From a virus: DNA of 64,000 bases. Of the stretch, positions 53,264 to 62,747 are shown piece by piece (within the stretch, counting starts at the first letter, position 1; every line of letters starts with the position of its first letter). The notes beneath the pieces were generated by a model, which searched no databases, had not been told where the DNA came from, and worked only from the letters and a program-made list of their open reading frames with translations. The stretch is taken from IMG/VR virus record IMGVR_UViG_3300042924_004713, positions 102,409 to 166,408 of that record; one strand, given 5' to 3'. Made by a program: the position numbers and the translations under genes.

Positions 53264-55777
53264 ATGGCAGATTTTACCGAACAAGAACGGGCTGAGCTAC
53301 AACGTCAAGTAATGGAAGAGATGCGTGCCTATGGCCAGCTGCATGCCAGCACCGCTGATTCTGTACGTGATGCACAAGTAGGGGTCAAGGGATTTTCCAA
53401 GCAGGTTCGTACCAGCGCAGTTGACGTCACCAAAGCTTATTCTGATTTAACCAAGCAGATTTACAGCGGTGCTCAGGGCATGTCAGTGTTCAACAATGCT
53501 GTGGAAACCACCGCTACAGCAGTAGCAGCGTTTGGTTTGCTCATGGGCGGCCCAATTGTTAAAGCAGTGAGTGTGGCTCTAATTGGTTTGGCCAAGGCCA
53601 TTGGTCTAGCAGCTGAGTCCAGCGATAGAATTTACAACGCCTATTCAAGACTAGCTGAAGTTGGCGGCACTGCCAGTGATCAACTTTCAGGGCTTCGTGA
53701 CGAATCTGCCCGGCTTGGCTATGTCATAGCAGACAACACTGAAGGTCTAAACGCATTCACAAACTTGATCACTGAAAATGCTGATACCATGGCTTTGTTT
53801 AAAGGCACAGTATTTGAAGGTAGACAAGCCCTAGCGAATGTAAGCACTCAATTTGATGACTATCGCATGGGTCTAAGACGCATGGGTCTAACTATTGATC
53901 AGCAAAACAAAGGCATGGTCAGTTATATAAGACTTCAAACTACCCTGGGTCAAGCACAAAACAAAACATTTGCTGAACTTGCTTCAGGCGCAAACAAATA
54001 CCTACAAGAAACACAGGCACTGGCAGCAATCACGGGTCAGCAGCGCAAAGAAGTCGAAGAAGAAATGAAACGTGCATTGACAGAACAAAAGTTCCGTGCC
54101 AAGATTGACGAACTCTATGCCAACGGACAGTCAAATCTTGCTGAAGAATATCAAGCTATCAATGTAATGCTGGCCAAGCAAAGTCCAGAAGCTGCTGCGG
54201 GATTCCGAGCCATGATAGGTGGATCACTAGAAGCAGCAGAAAGTCAAAAACTAGTACGCAGTTCTACAGGACAAGTTATCAGTTCTTTGGATGCATTGAA
54301 CAAAGGTCAGATCAACGGTGCTCAGTTCGTTACAGAGTTAGGTAGATCAATAGGCAACACCAACAGAACATTTAACAAGACAGCACAACTGACCAGTGCT
54401 TTTGGTGAAACTTTTATAGATTATGCTCAAGGCCAAAATCTTTCCATGATGGCCAATAGGGATCTAAACAAAGAATACCAAAAAGCACTCAAGCAACAAA
54501 AAGAACAAAGAGAAAACACTGAAAAGGAACTAGAGGATCAAGTGCAGACCAGACAGAATCAGCTGGATGCTGCACTGAGCATGCAAGAGCTTATTCGCAA
54601 GTTTGTGAGTATAGCGGGCACTATAACCACTGGATTAAGTGATCTGTACAAGTCAATATCCAGTTTTACTCTGCGCCTAACCAATACCATTGGTGAGGTA
54701 ATTGACTTCATCAAATACGATATTCTAAAAATGGCTCGTCCTGCAGAAGCTGCTGCTGCACGAGCTGCCGCGGGCCCAGGTCCCAGCATGAGTCGTGAAA
54801 TAAACGAACAACAGTACAAGTATTGGAAGGACATCTCAAAATACAATCCCAATGCTGTACCTGAGTGGGCTAAAAAGCTAATTGAACAGGAACAGCAGAC
54901 AGGACGGAACCCTTATGCTAACTTGCCTGCAGCAGGAGCAGCGGGTGGCGCAGCAACCACTGGCGATCTTGACAAGTCGCGTATGCAGAACTATCTCAAG
55001 AGTGTAGCTCTAGTTGAAAGCAGTGGTAAACGTACAGCAGGAGCAGGCACATCATCAGCCAAGGGCTTGTTTCAATTCACTGAAGACACTTGGAAAGGTG
55101 TCACTAAGCAAATGGGCAAAAACTGGAGCCTAGACGACAGGTTTGACCCACAAAAAAGTGCTGAGGCTGCTGCGTTTTTTACACGAGGCAATGCTGGACG
55201 TTTTGAGCAGGTATTTGGAAGAACACCAACCAACGAAGAACTCTATATGATGCACTTCCTTGGTGCCGAAGGTGCAATTGGTTTCTTTAATGCCATGAAC
55301 AATCGGCCCAACGCCAAGATTAGCGAGGTGGTTGGTCTAAAACAATACTCAGCAAACCGATCAATCTTTGAAGACAAAACAGGTAGAACTCGTACAGTGG
55401 CTGAAGTGTACAGTCTAATGTCCAATAAGTTGGGACAAGGCATGATTGGTGCTACAACTGGTCTGTATCAGCAGACACCAGTATCTCAAGATGTAGCCAA
55501 CATTCCGCAATTAGCTCGAGGAGGTGTGGTGTCTGGTCCAGACACTGGTTATTTGGCTAACTTACACGGAAGAGAAGCTGTGGTACCACTGCCCGACGGC
55601 AGCAGCATTCCTGTAGCGTTCAATCCTCAAGAATTCATGAGAAGTATCAGTGATGCTGCACGTAGTTCGTCTAGCTCAGGTACAGGTGATCTGATCAGTA
55701 GCATACAAGACATGGTGCGTTTACAGCGTGATCAAAACGATCTGCTGACTCGAATGTTACAACACCAGCGGGCCTAA
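53264..55777 (+). CDS. Tape measure protein with a C-terminal lytic transglycosylase domain
   Basis: Long Ala/Gln-rich helical region; VESSG...SAKGLFQF...W; ARGGVV.GP..G...LHG.EAVVPL. Confidence 0.75.
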   Translation: MADFTEQERAELQRQVMEEMRAYGQLHASTADSVRDAQVGVKGFSKQVRTSAVDVTKAYSDLTKQIYSGAQGMSVFNNAVETTATAVAAFGLLMGGPIVKAVSVALIGLAKAIGLAAESSDRIYNAYSRLAEVGGTASDQLSGLRDESARLGYVIADNTEGLNAFTNLITENADTMALFKGTVFEGRQALANVSTQFDDYRMGLRRMGLTIDQQNKGMVSYIRLQTTLGQAQNKTFAELASGANKYLQETQALAAITGQQRKEVEEEMKRALTEQKFRAKIDELYANGQSNLAEEYQAINVMLAKQSPEAAAGFRAMIGGSLEAAESQKLVRSSTGQVISSLDALNKGQINGAQFVTELGRSIGNTNRTFNKTAQLTSAFGETFIDYAQGQNLSMMANRDLNKEYQKALKQQKEQRENTEKELEDQVQTRQNQLDAALSMQELIRKFVSIAGTITTGLSDLYKSISSFTLRLTNTIGEVIDFIKYDILKMARPAEAAAARAAAGPGPSMSREINEQQYKYWKDISKYNPNAVPEWAKKLIEQEQQTGRNPYANLPAAGAAGGAATTGDLDKSRMQNYLKSVALVESSGKRTAGAGTSSAKGLFQFTEDTWKGVTKQMGKNWSLDDRFDPQKSAEAAAFFTRGNAGRFEQVFGRTPTNEELYMMHFLGAEGAIGFFNAMNNRPNAKISEVVGLKQYSANRSIFEDKTGRTRTVAEVYSLMSNKLGQGMIGATTGLYQQTPVSQDVANIPQLARGGVVSGPDTGYLANLHGREAVVPLPDGSSIPVAFNPQEFMRSISDAARSSSSSGTGDLISSIQDMVRLQRDQNDLLTRMLQHQRA

Positions 55778-55791
55778 CGGTAAATATATCT

Positions 55792-57531
55792 ATGACATGG
55801 CGCAAGTATTTTAAAGTAGCTGACACCACAGGTACAATGAGTCCTATTAGTGGTAGGAATCAAGGGTATTCAAGTTACTCAGCACAAACAGACTTTGCAT
55901 TTAGAAACTATGCAAGTCGACTTCCTGAGGTTTATACCGGGCATCCAAATCGTATTGAACGCTACAATCAATACGAAATGATGGACAGCGATTCGGAAAT
56001 CAATGCTTGCTTAGACATTATCGCTGAATTTTCCACACAGATCAACGAACAAAACGAAACACCTTTTGAAATCAAGTTTAGAGATCAGCCCACTGATCAT
56101 GAAATTGACATCATCAAAAAACAGTTACAACAGTGGGTCAAACTCAATCAATTAGATCAAAGAATTTTCAAACTGTTCCGCAACACCATCAAGTACGGAG
56201 ATCAGGTGTTTGTGCGTGATCCAGAAACATTTGAAATGTACTGGGTTGACATGACCAAGGTCAGTCGCATCATTGTGAATGAAAGCGAAGGCAAGCGTCC
56301 AGAACAGTACATCATACGGGATATCAACCCCAACTTTGAAAGCCTGAGCATAGCTCAAAAAACATCACAAGACTACATGGTAAACCCACCCACCGGTGGC
56401 AACATGACCAACCTAAGCTACACCATGCCCAACACACAGACCAACACTGGTCGTTTCAGCAGGGCCATGAACGAAAGCTGTATTGATGCCAAGCACGTGG
56501 TTCATCTTAGTCTCAATGAAGGACTAGATCCTTTTTGGCCGTTTGGACAAAGTATTCTTGAAAACATTTTCAAGGTGTTCAAACAAAAAGAACTGCTGGA
56601 AGATGCTATCTTGATTTACCGTGTACAACGTGCACCAGAGCGGCGTATTTTCAAGATTGACGTGGGCAACATGCCCAGCCACATGGCCATGGCCTTTGTG
56701 GAGAGGGTGAAAAATGAAATGCATCAACGCCGTATTCCCACAGTGGGCGGCGGTGGGCAAAACATCATGGATTCAGCTTACAATCCCTTGAGCATTGGCG
56801 AAGATTACTTTTTTCCACAGACAGCAGATGGTCGAGGTAGCACAGTTGATACTCTGCCTGGCGGTCAAAACCTTGGCGAAATTGACGATCTAAAGTATTT
56901 TAACAACAAAATGGCACGTGGTCTACGTGTGCCCAGCAGCTATCTGCCCACTGGCCCAGACGACAGTGATCGTGCATTGAACGACGGCAAAGTAGGCACA
57001 GCCTTGATTCAAGAATACAGATTCAATCAATATTGTGAACGTTTGCAGCAGAGTATTGTGCAAAAACTAGACGACGAATTCAAAATGTTCTTGGCCTGGC
57101 GCGGTTTTAACATTGACTCTGGATTATTTGATCTTAAGTTTAATCCCCCGCAGAACTTTGCTAGCTATCGTCAAAGCGAACTAGATGCCAGTCGTATTGC
57201 CAGTTTTACATCACTTGAGCCGTTGCCATACATGAGCAAGCGTTTTATGCTGCAACGTTTCCTAGGGCTAACCGAAGACGAAATCGCAGAAAACGAAAAA
57301 CTCTGGAAAGAAGAACGTGATGAACCTGATCTTGAAACCACCCAAGGTCAGGATCTACGTAGTATAGGTGTGACACCAGGCGGACTACAAACAGACCTTG
57401 AAACCGGGCAAGAACTGGCCAATATTGGCGAACCTGGTGCTGGTGAAATACCTGGTGCTGGTGGAGTACCTCCGACTGCCGGAAACGCAGCTGGCCCAAC
57501 AGCAGCTCCCGCAGCGCCACCTTCGGTATAA
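55792..57531 (+). CDS. gp20: Portal protein
   Basis: LLEDAILIYRVQRAPERRIFKIDVGNMP; EDYFFP; TLPGGQNLGEIDDLKYF. Confidence 0.95.
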   Translation: MTWRKYFKVADTTGTMSPISGRNQGYSSYSAQTDFAFRNYASRLPEVYTGHPNRIERYNQYEMMDSDSEINACLDIIAEFSTQINEQNETPFEIKFRDQPTDHEIDIIKKQLQQWVKLNQLDQRIFKLFRNTIKYGDQVFVRDPETFEMYWVDMTKVSRIIVNESEGKRPEQYIIRDINPNFESLSIAQKTSQDYMVNPPTGGNMTNLSYTMPNTQTNTGRFSRAMNESCIDAKHVVHLSLNEGLDPFWPFGQSILENIFKVFKQKELLEDAILIYRVQRAPERRIFKIDVGNMPSHMAMAFVERVKNEMHQRRIPTVGGGGQNIMDSAYNPLSIGEDYFFPQTADGRGSTVDTLPGGQNLGEIDDLKYFNNKMARGLRVPSSYLPTGPDDSDRALNDGKVGTALIQEYRFNQYCERLQQSIVQKLDDEFKMFLAWRGFNIDSGLFDLKFNPPQNFASYRQSELDASRIASFTSLEPLPYMSKRFMLQRFLGLTEDEIAENEKLWKEERDEPDLETTQGQDLRSIGVTPGGLQTDLETGQELANIGEPGAGEIPGAGGVPPTAGNAAGPTAAPAAPPSV

Positions 57532-57534
57532 ATA
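57527..57534 (+). promoter_or_regulatory. T4-type late promoter TATAAATA
   Basis: Exact T4 late consensus, 5 nt before ATG 57540; the TAAATA core recurs upstream of many structural genes. Confidence 0.7.
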
Positions 57535-57539
57535 TTAAC

Positions 57540-57758
57540 ATGGTCCTTACTGAATTATATCAACGTAGTCCGACTGCTTATCAAGATCCTGCACAGGATA
57601 ATAGCCGTCCTCAGATACAAAATCTCCGTAAAACCAGACTTACTCTCAAGCAGCTAAACAAGCTGCGACAAATGAATGATTTGAGAAAATACGAATACAA
57701 AGAAAAACTCAAAGACATAAAAAATCAATATTCACCGCCTCCACAGCCTACGATTTAA
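57540..57758 (+). CDS. Small head-module protein
   Basis: 72 aa with RKTRLTLKQLNKLR; lies between the portal and prohead core genes. Confidence 0.7.
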   Translation: MVLTELYQRSPTAYQDPAQDNSRPQIQNLRKTRLTLKQLNKLRQMNDLRKYEYKEKLKDIKNQYSPPPQPTI

Positions 57759-57884
57759 TTTTTTTGTAATTTTATTGCAAAAAACAGCCGATCTAGAGCA
57801 CTCTTTACATCAATCCGTTAAATATAGTAATACATTTGCCCTTCTTGGGGACAAATGAAATTTCTACCCATGAGGAGCTTACAC

Positions 57885-58757
57885 ATGAACAAAAAGTTCG
57901 AACAGTTAATTGAATACGTGATCAACGATGAAGAGGACAAGGCCCGTGCCCTGTTTCACGATATCGTAGTTGAAAAAAGCCGTCAGATCTATGAAGAAAT
58001 GATGGACGCTGAAGAAGAAATTGATGAAGCCAAACACGACGACGATGACGAGGAAAAAGTCGAAGAAGCCATGGACGATGACGATGAAAAAGTCGACGAA
58101 GCCATGCACGACGATGAAGAAAAAGTCGAAGAAATGATGGGCGGAGACTCCGCTGATGACTTGATTGACGACGTTAGTGTTGAAGAAGAAGGCATCTCTA
58201 TGGAAGCCGATGAAGAAGGCGACGATGACATGGGCGCTGACGAAGCCGGCGGTGATGATATCGAAGGCAAGCTCATGAACATTGAAGACAAGCTTGATGA
58301 GCTTATGGCCGAATTTGAAGCTCTAATGGGCGACGAAGACATGGGCGATGACATGGGCGGCGAAGAAGAGCTGGACATTGACATCGGCGACGACGGCGCA
58401 GACATGGATATGGATATGGACATGGACGCAGACATAGGTGACGAAGAGCCAATGCCAATGGGCGAGGCTGTTAACCTAAAAGCTGCACCAAAGCCAACCA
58501 CTTCTGAAGAAGGCGGTATCAACAAAAAAAGCGTGGTAGCTGCTAACAGCGGCGCACGTGGTATGGAAGGCAAGCCTGTTCACACTGGCACAAGCATGGG
58601 TGGCAAGCATGACGCAGCAGGTGCTTACAGCAACAATGTAAAAGACCTAATCAGCGATGTGCAAAATTCACCTGCCAAGGCCAAGGTAACACAAAAGCCT
58701 GCTCCTAAGCCACACCTAGCACAGGCCACTGGTGTAAACACCAAGAGCCCACTGTAA
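57885..58757 (+). CDS. Acidic prohead core/scaffold-like protein (start revised to ATG 57885)
   Basis: RBS GAGGAG; extremely D/E-rich with DD(D/E)EKV(E/D)E(A/M)M repeats; precedes the prohead protease. Confidence 0.7.
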   Translation: MNKKFEQLIEYVINDEEDKARALFHDIVVEKSRQIYEEMMDAEEEIDEAKHDDDDEEKVEEAMDDDDEKVDEAMHDDEEKVEEMMGGDSADDLIDDVSVEEEGISMEADEEGDDDMGADEAGGDDIEGKLMNIEDKLDELMAEFEALMGDEDMGDDMGGEEELDIDIGDDGADMDMDMDMDADIGDEEPMPMGEAVNLKAAPKPTTSEEGGINKKSVVAANSGARGMEGKPVHTGTSMGGKHDAAGAYSNNVKDLISDVQNSPAKAKVTQKPAPKPHLAQATGVNTKSPL

Positions 58758-58766
58758 GGATTTGCT

Positions 58767-59405
58767 GTGAATCGCTGTTTACGTGAAACCCTGACGTTTA
58801 GCCAAGCCCGTGTGGAGCTCTTGCAAGAAGAAGCTCCTGACGGGAGTGGTAAAAAACTCTACATGCAAGGTATTTGTATTCAGGGTGACAAGCGCAATGC
58901 CAATGAGCGTGTGTATCCCACTCGCGAAATTAATCGTGCTGTTGGCACTATTAATGAACAAATCAACAGTGGTATGAGTGTGCTTGGCGAAGTTGATCAT
59001 CCAGACGATCTCAAAATCAATCTAGATCGGGTTAGCCACATGATTGAAAAAATGTGGATGGATGGCAGCGATGGCTACGGCAAACTAAGAATTTTACCAA
59101 CTCCTATGGGACAACTGGTCAAGACCATGTTGGATTCTGGAGTGAAACTAGGCGTTAGCAGCCGCGGCAGCGGTAATGTTGACGATAGAACCGGACATGT
59201 CAGTGACTTTGAAATAGTTACTGTTGATGTGGTTGCCCAACCCAGCGCACCCAATGCTTATCCCACAGCAGTTTATGAGGGCTTGATGAACATGAAATAT
59301 GGTCATCGTGCTCTTGAGATAGCTAAAGAAGTTGGTACGGACAACAAAGTACAGAGATACCTGAAAGAGGAAGTAAAACGCCTTATCAAGGATCTCAAGA
59401 TCTAA
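58767..59405 (+). CDS. gp21: Prohead protease
   Basis: NANERVYP, GEVDHP, VSH, TPMG, GVSSRGSG and D.VAQPSAPNA. Confidence 0.93.
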   Translation: MNRCLRETLTFSQARVELLQEEAPDGSGKKLYMQGICIQGDKRNANERVYPTREINRAVGTINEQINSGMSVLGEVDHPDDLKINLDRVSHMIEKMWMDGSDGYGKLRILPTPMGQLVKTMLDSGVKLGVSSRGSGNVDDRTGHVSDFEIVTVDVVAQPSAPNAYPTAVYEGLMNMKYGHRALEIAKEVGTDNKVQRYLKEEVKRLIKDLKI

Positions 59406-59418
59406 GGAGAATCTAATA

Positions 59419-60507
59419 ATGTTAGATGCCATCAAACCATTACTAGATAGCGGCCTGATTAACGAAGACGTTAGTCGCGAGATCAATGAAGCCTGGGAAA
59501 CCAAGCTAAATGAAGCTCGTGAACAGGTACGTGCAGAACTTCGCGAGGAGTTTGCACAACGCTATGAGCACGACAAGAGCGTGATGGTTGAAGCCCTAGA
59601 TCGCATGGTAACCGAAGGTCTAAACGCAGAGATCGAAGGCGTTGCTGCTGAAAAGCGTCAACTTGCTGAAGATCGCGTGAAGTTCCAAGCCAAGATGAAA
59701 GAAAGTGCCACTAAGTTCAACGACTTCATGGTAAAGAAATTGGCTGAAGAAATCGCAGAAGTGCGTAGAGATCGCAAGGCTCACAACCAAGGACTAGAAA
59801 AATTAGAAACCTTTGTGGTGCGAGCACTTGCAGAAGAAATCATGGAATTCGCTCAGGACAAACAAAAGGTTGTAGAAACCCAAGTGCGTCTGGTGCGCGA
59901 TGCCCGTGTAAAACTTGAGTCATTGAAATCACGCTTTGTTAAAGAAAGTGCGCAGAAGATGAGTCAAGCGGTATCCAAGCATCTCAAGGCTGAACTCAAC
60001 CAGCTACGTGAAGACATCCAAGTTGCACGAGAAAACAATTTTGGCCGTCGCATCTTTGAAGCCTATGCAGCTGAATTTGGTGCTACACATCTCAATGAAA
60101 ATGCAGAAGTGCGCAAGCTCAATGCGGTGATTGCTGAGAAAAATGCCAAGTTGTCCAAGGCCGTACAAGTGGCCGAACAAGCTCGTGTGGTTGTGGAAAG
60201 TAAAGAACGAGAAATTCGTATGATTCGTGAAAACAACGAACGTGCCAATATTATGGCCGACCTGTTGGCTCCTCTTAACAAAGAGAAGCAGGACATCATG
60301 CGCAATCTTCTTGAAAGCGTACAGACTGCTCGTCTGAAAAACGCTTTTGAAAAATATCTACCAGCGGTGCTCGAGAACCGATCTGTGAAAGCCCAGAAAG
60401 TGATTACAGAATCGATTAGCGAAGTGACTGGGGATAAAACTACCTCGCCTCAGCAAGATGAAGATCGCAGCAATGTGATTGACATCAAGAGATTGGCAGG
60501 ATTATAA
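59419..60507 (+). CDS. gp22: Prohead scaffold protein
   Basis: Coiled-coil protein between the protease and capsid genes; GRRIFEA motif. Confidence 0.75.
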   Translation: MLDAIKPLLDSGLINEDVSREINEAWETKLNEAREQVRAELREEFAQRYEHDKSVMVEALDRMVTEGLNAEIEGVAAEKRQLAEDRVKFQAKMKESATKFNDFMVKKLAEEIAEVRRDRKAHNQGLEKLETFVVRALAEEIMEFAQDKQKVVETQVRLVRDARVKLESLKSRFVKESAQKMSQAVSKHLKAELNQLREDIQVARENNFGRRIFEAYAAEFGATHLNENAEVRKLNAVIAEKNAKLSKAVQVAEQARVVVESKEREIRMIRENNERANIMADLLAPLNKEKQDIMRNLLESVQTARLKNAFEKYLPAVLENRSVKAQKVITESISEVTGDKTTSPQQDEDRSNVIDIKRLAGL

Positions 60508-60523
60508 GCAAAAGGAGACTATA

Positions 60524-61735
60524 ATGTCAGAGCAATTACTCGAAAGCCGCTGGGACGAAACCAAAGAAGCCCTTATGGAAGGCCTTAAAGGTTCACGTCG
60601 CAGCACCATGGGTGTTATTCTTGAAAACACTCGCAAGTATCTGAAAGAGAATGCAACTGCTGGCAGCACCGCTGCTGGTAACGTGGCAACTCTAAACCGT
60701 GTCATTCTGCCAGTGATTCGTCGTGTGATGCCAACTGTGATCGCTAACGAACTGGTAGGTGTTCAGCCAATGACCGGCCCTGTGGGTCAAATCCACACTC
60801 TGCGTGTTCGCTATGCAAGCACCATGAACGATACTTCAGCTGCTGCAACTTCAACCATCGCTGGTGAAGAAGCACTGAGCCCGTTCAAGATTGCAACAGC
60901 TTACTCTTCAGCAAGCACTGTGACTGCTGGCGTTCCTGGCGCAAGTCAGACTCGCTACACTGGTGCTGACACTTCGGTTCTTGAAGGTTCTGGTGGTCGT
61001 AACATCAGCGTTCAGATCCTGAAGCAGGCTGTTGAAGCAAAAACACGTAAGCTGCAAGCTCGTTGGACCTTTGAAGCAGCACAAGATGCACAAGCAATGC
61101 ACGGTATTGACGTTGAAGCAGAAATCATGGCCGCACTGGCTCAAGAGATCACTGCTGAAATTGATCAAGAGATCCTGCTGAGCCTGCGTACTCTGGCAGC
61201 TACAGAGTTCACATACAACCAGGCAACTGTATCTGGTACTGCTACATTCGTTGGTGACGAACATGCTGCACTGGCAGTTCTGATCAACCGTGTTGCTAAC
61301 CTGATTGCTCAGCGTACACGTCGTGGCGCTGGTAACTGGGCAGTTGTGTCACCTGCATCGCTGACTGTGCTGCAAAGCGCAACCACTTCAGCATTTGCAC
61401 GTACAACTGAAGGCACATTTGAAGCACCTACCAACACCAAGTTTGTTGGTACATTGAACGGCGCAATGCGTGTGTTCGTTGACAGCTATGCTAGCGATAG
61501 CCAAGCTGTTCTAGTTGGTTACAAGGGTTCGAGCGAAGCTGATGCAGCCGCGTTCTATTGCCCTTATATTCCGCTGATGAGCTCTGGCGTTGTTCTTGAT
61601 CCTACCACTTTTGAACCAGTGGTAAGCTTCATGACTCGTTATGGTTACATCGAACTTACCAACACAGCCAGCAGCTTCGGTAACGCAGCTGACTATCTGG
61701 GTGAGATCGCTGTATCGAACCTGTCGTTCAGCTAA
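60524..61735 (+). CDS. gp23: Major capsid protein (start revised to ATG 60524)
   Basis: RRVMP..IA..LVGVQPMTGP; A.TRKLQARWT.E.AQD; FYCPYIPL; TRYG; RBS AAGGAG. Confidence 0.96.
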   Translation: MSEQLLESRWDETKEALMEGLKGSRRSTMGVILENTRKYLKENATAGSTAAGNVATLNRVILPVIRRVMPTVIANELVGVQPMTGPVGQIHTLRVRYASTMNDTSAAATSTIAGEEALSPFKIATAYSSASTVTAGVPGASQTRYTGADTSVLEGSGGRNISVQILKQAVEAKTRKLQARWTFEAAQDAQAMHGIDVEAEIMAALAQEITAEIDQEILLSLRTLAATEFTYNQATVSGTATFVGDEHAALAVLINRVANLIAQRTRRGAGNWAVVSPASLTVLQSATTSAFARTTEGTFEAPTNTKFVGTLNGAMRVFVDSYASDSQAVLVGYKGSSEADAAAFYCPYIPLMSSGVVLDPTTFEPVVSFMTRYGYIELTNTASSFGNAADYLGEIAVSNLSFS

Positions 61736-61759
61736 TCAAAACTCTCAGGGATGGGAATC

Positions 61760-61785
61760 AACCCCGCTTCGGCGGGGTTTTTCTT
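61760..61785 (+). terminator. Intrinsic terminator after the capsid gene
   Basis: aaccccgc-ttcg-gcggggtt followed by a T run. Confidence 0.9.
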
Positions 61786-61792
61786 GGACAGA

Positions 61793-62359
61793 TTATTCTT
61801 CGTCATCGTCTTGATAATCGTCTTCGTCTATCCATTTTTGACTTGGATCATCGTAGGCCTGATAGTAACGTTCATTGGCCTGCATGATTCTAAATCCATC
61901 TTTATATTTCAGCGCAGCAAAGGTTGCTTCTTCCTTTTTTAACAAATCGCAAACCACAAAGCTAGTGCCACAACCACCGCTGATGTTTTTGAATGGCGAG
62001 TGTTTGTATTCATTATGCTGTAATGCTTTGTGAAATGCTCCACCGTATGTAAAAATTATTCTTGTGATACCAAGCTTTTGATTTCGCAATCTAATTTTGT
62101 CAATCAAGGTCAAGACTGAGATTTCAGCTTCGTTGGCATCGTTGATGGCCAACAAACACTCTTTGAATTTGATACTGCCCTTGGTATGGTAATTGTCCGG
62201 AGTCTCTTTGGTACTCCATGGGATGGAAGCAGTGACGTGGTCTACGTAAAAAGTTTCACCGTGTGTTTTTACGACCCACATGGGGATGGTACTATCTTCT
62301 AGATGTTTCTTGTTGAAGTGAAACACTAGATCCTTGCATGCGTATTCAATCTATGACAT
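61793..62359 (-). CDS. Hypothetical protein; probable true start ATG 62359, with an in-frame TAG at codon 3 (ORF track start is GTG 62326)
   Basis: AAAGGAAAATAAA-ATG TCA TAG ATT GAA TAC GCA TGC AAG GAT CTA GTG TTT CAC, continuous with the 177-aa ORF. Confidence 0.65.
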
Positions 62360-62360
62360 T

Positions 62361-62546
62361 TTATTTTCCTTTTGTTTTAAATTTACTGCACATTAGTTCA
62401 AAATCATGTTGCCTGCTTTGAACTTGTCCGTAACTTGCTTTAGGATTACGTTCTCTATACTCTGCTTTTTGTTGTTCTATGCACTCATCGTACTTGTTAG
62501 AACAACCTGCTGCTATCAAAGCAAAAACCATTAAAATGTAGCGCAT
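62361..62546 (-). CDS. Small lipoprotein
   Basis: MRY plus hydrophobic stretch plus lipobox-like AAG-C; RBS AGGA. Confidence 0.7.
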   Translation of the reverse strand: MRYILMVFALIAAGCSNKYDECIEQQKAEYRERNPKASYGQVQSRQHDFELMCSKFKTKGK

Positions 62547-62561
62547 AACAGTTTCCTAATG

Positions 62562-62665
62562 GGTAGTTATTTTTGTGTCAGGAAACTACCAAACCCCGTG
62601 AGCGCAGCCCATCCCGTTTTCGCGTCAGCGGAGGCGGAATATGGTTACGGGTCCGCCGATGATTC
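62562..62665 (-). ncRNA. Candidate structured RNA immediately 3' of the tRNA
   Basis: GC-rich non-coding segment with GGCGGA/TCCGCC, CCCGT/ACGGG and GGTAGTT/AACTACC pairings. Confidence 0.45.
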
Positions 62666-62739
62666 TGGTGCGCCGTATGGGAATCGAACCCATTCATTGG
62701 AGGTTTAGAATCTCCTTGCCGTCCACCGGCTCACAGCGC
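62666..62739 (-). tRNA. tRNA with CUA anticodon (amber suppressor-type), CCA encoded
   Basis: GCGCTGT GA GCCG GTGGA CGGC AA GGAGA TT-CTA-AA CCTCC AATGA ATGGG TTCGATT CCCAT ACGGCGC A CCA; full cloverleaf. Confidence 0.8.
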
Positions 62740-62747
62740 ATAACGTA

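Noticed and set aside
57989-58573. 194-aa Ser-rich antisense ORF and the many other short opposite-strand ORFs in the track
   Set aside because: They are shadows of codon bias in the real genes (here the D/E/M-rich core protein) and have no independent start signals.
62562-62665. Firm call as a theta/HDV-like ribozyme
   Set aside because: P1, P2 and a CGAA junction can be drawn, but no P3/L3 pairing fits and the stem starts 8 nt after the CCA. Kept only as an unclassified structured RNA.
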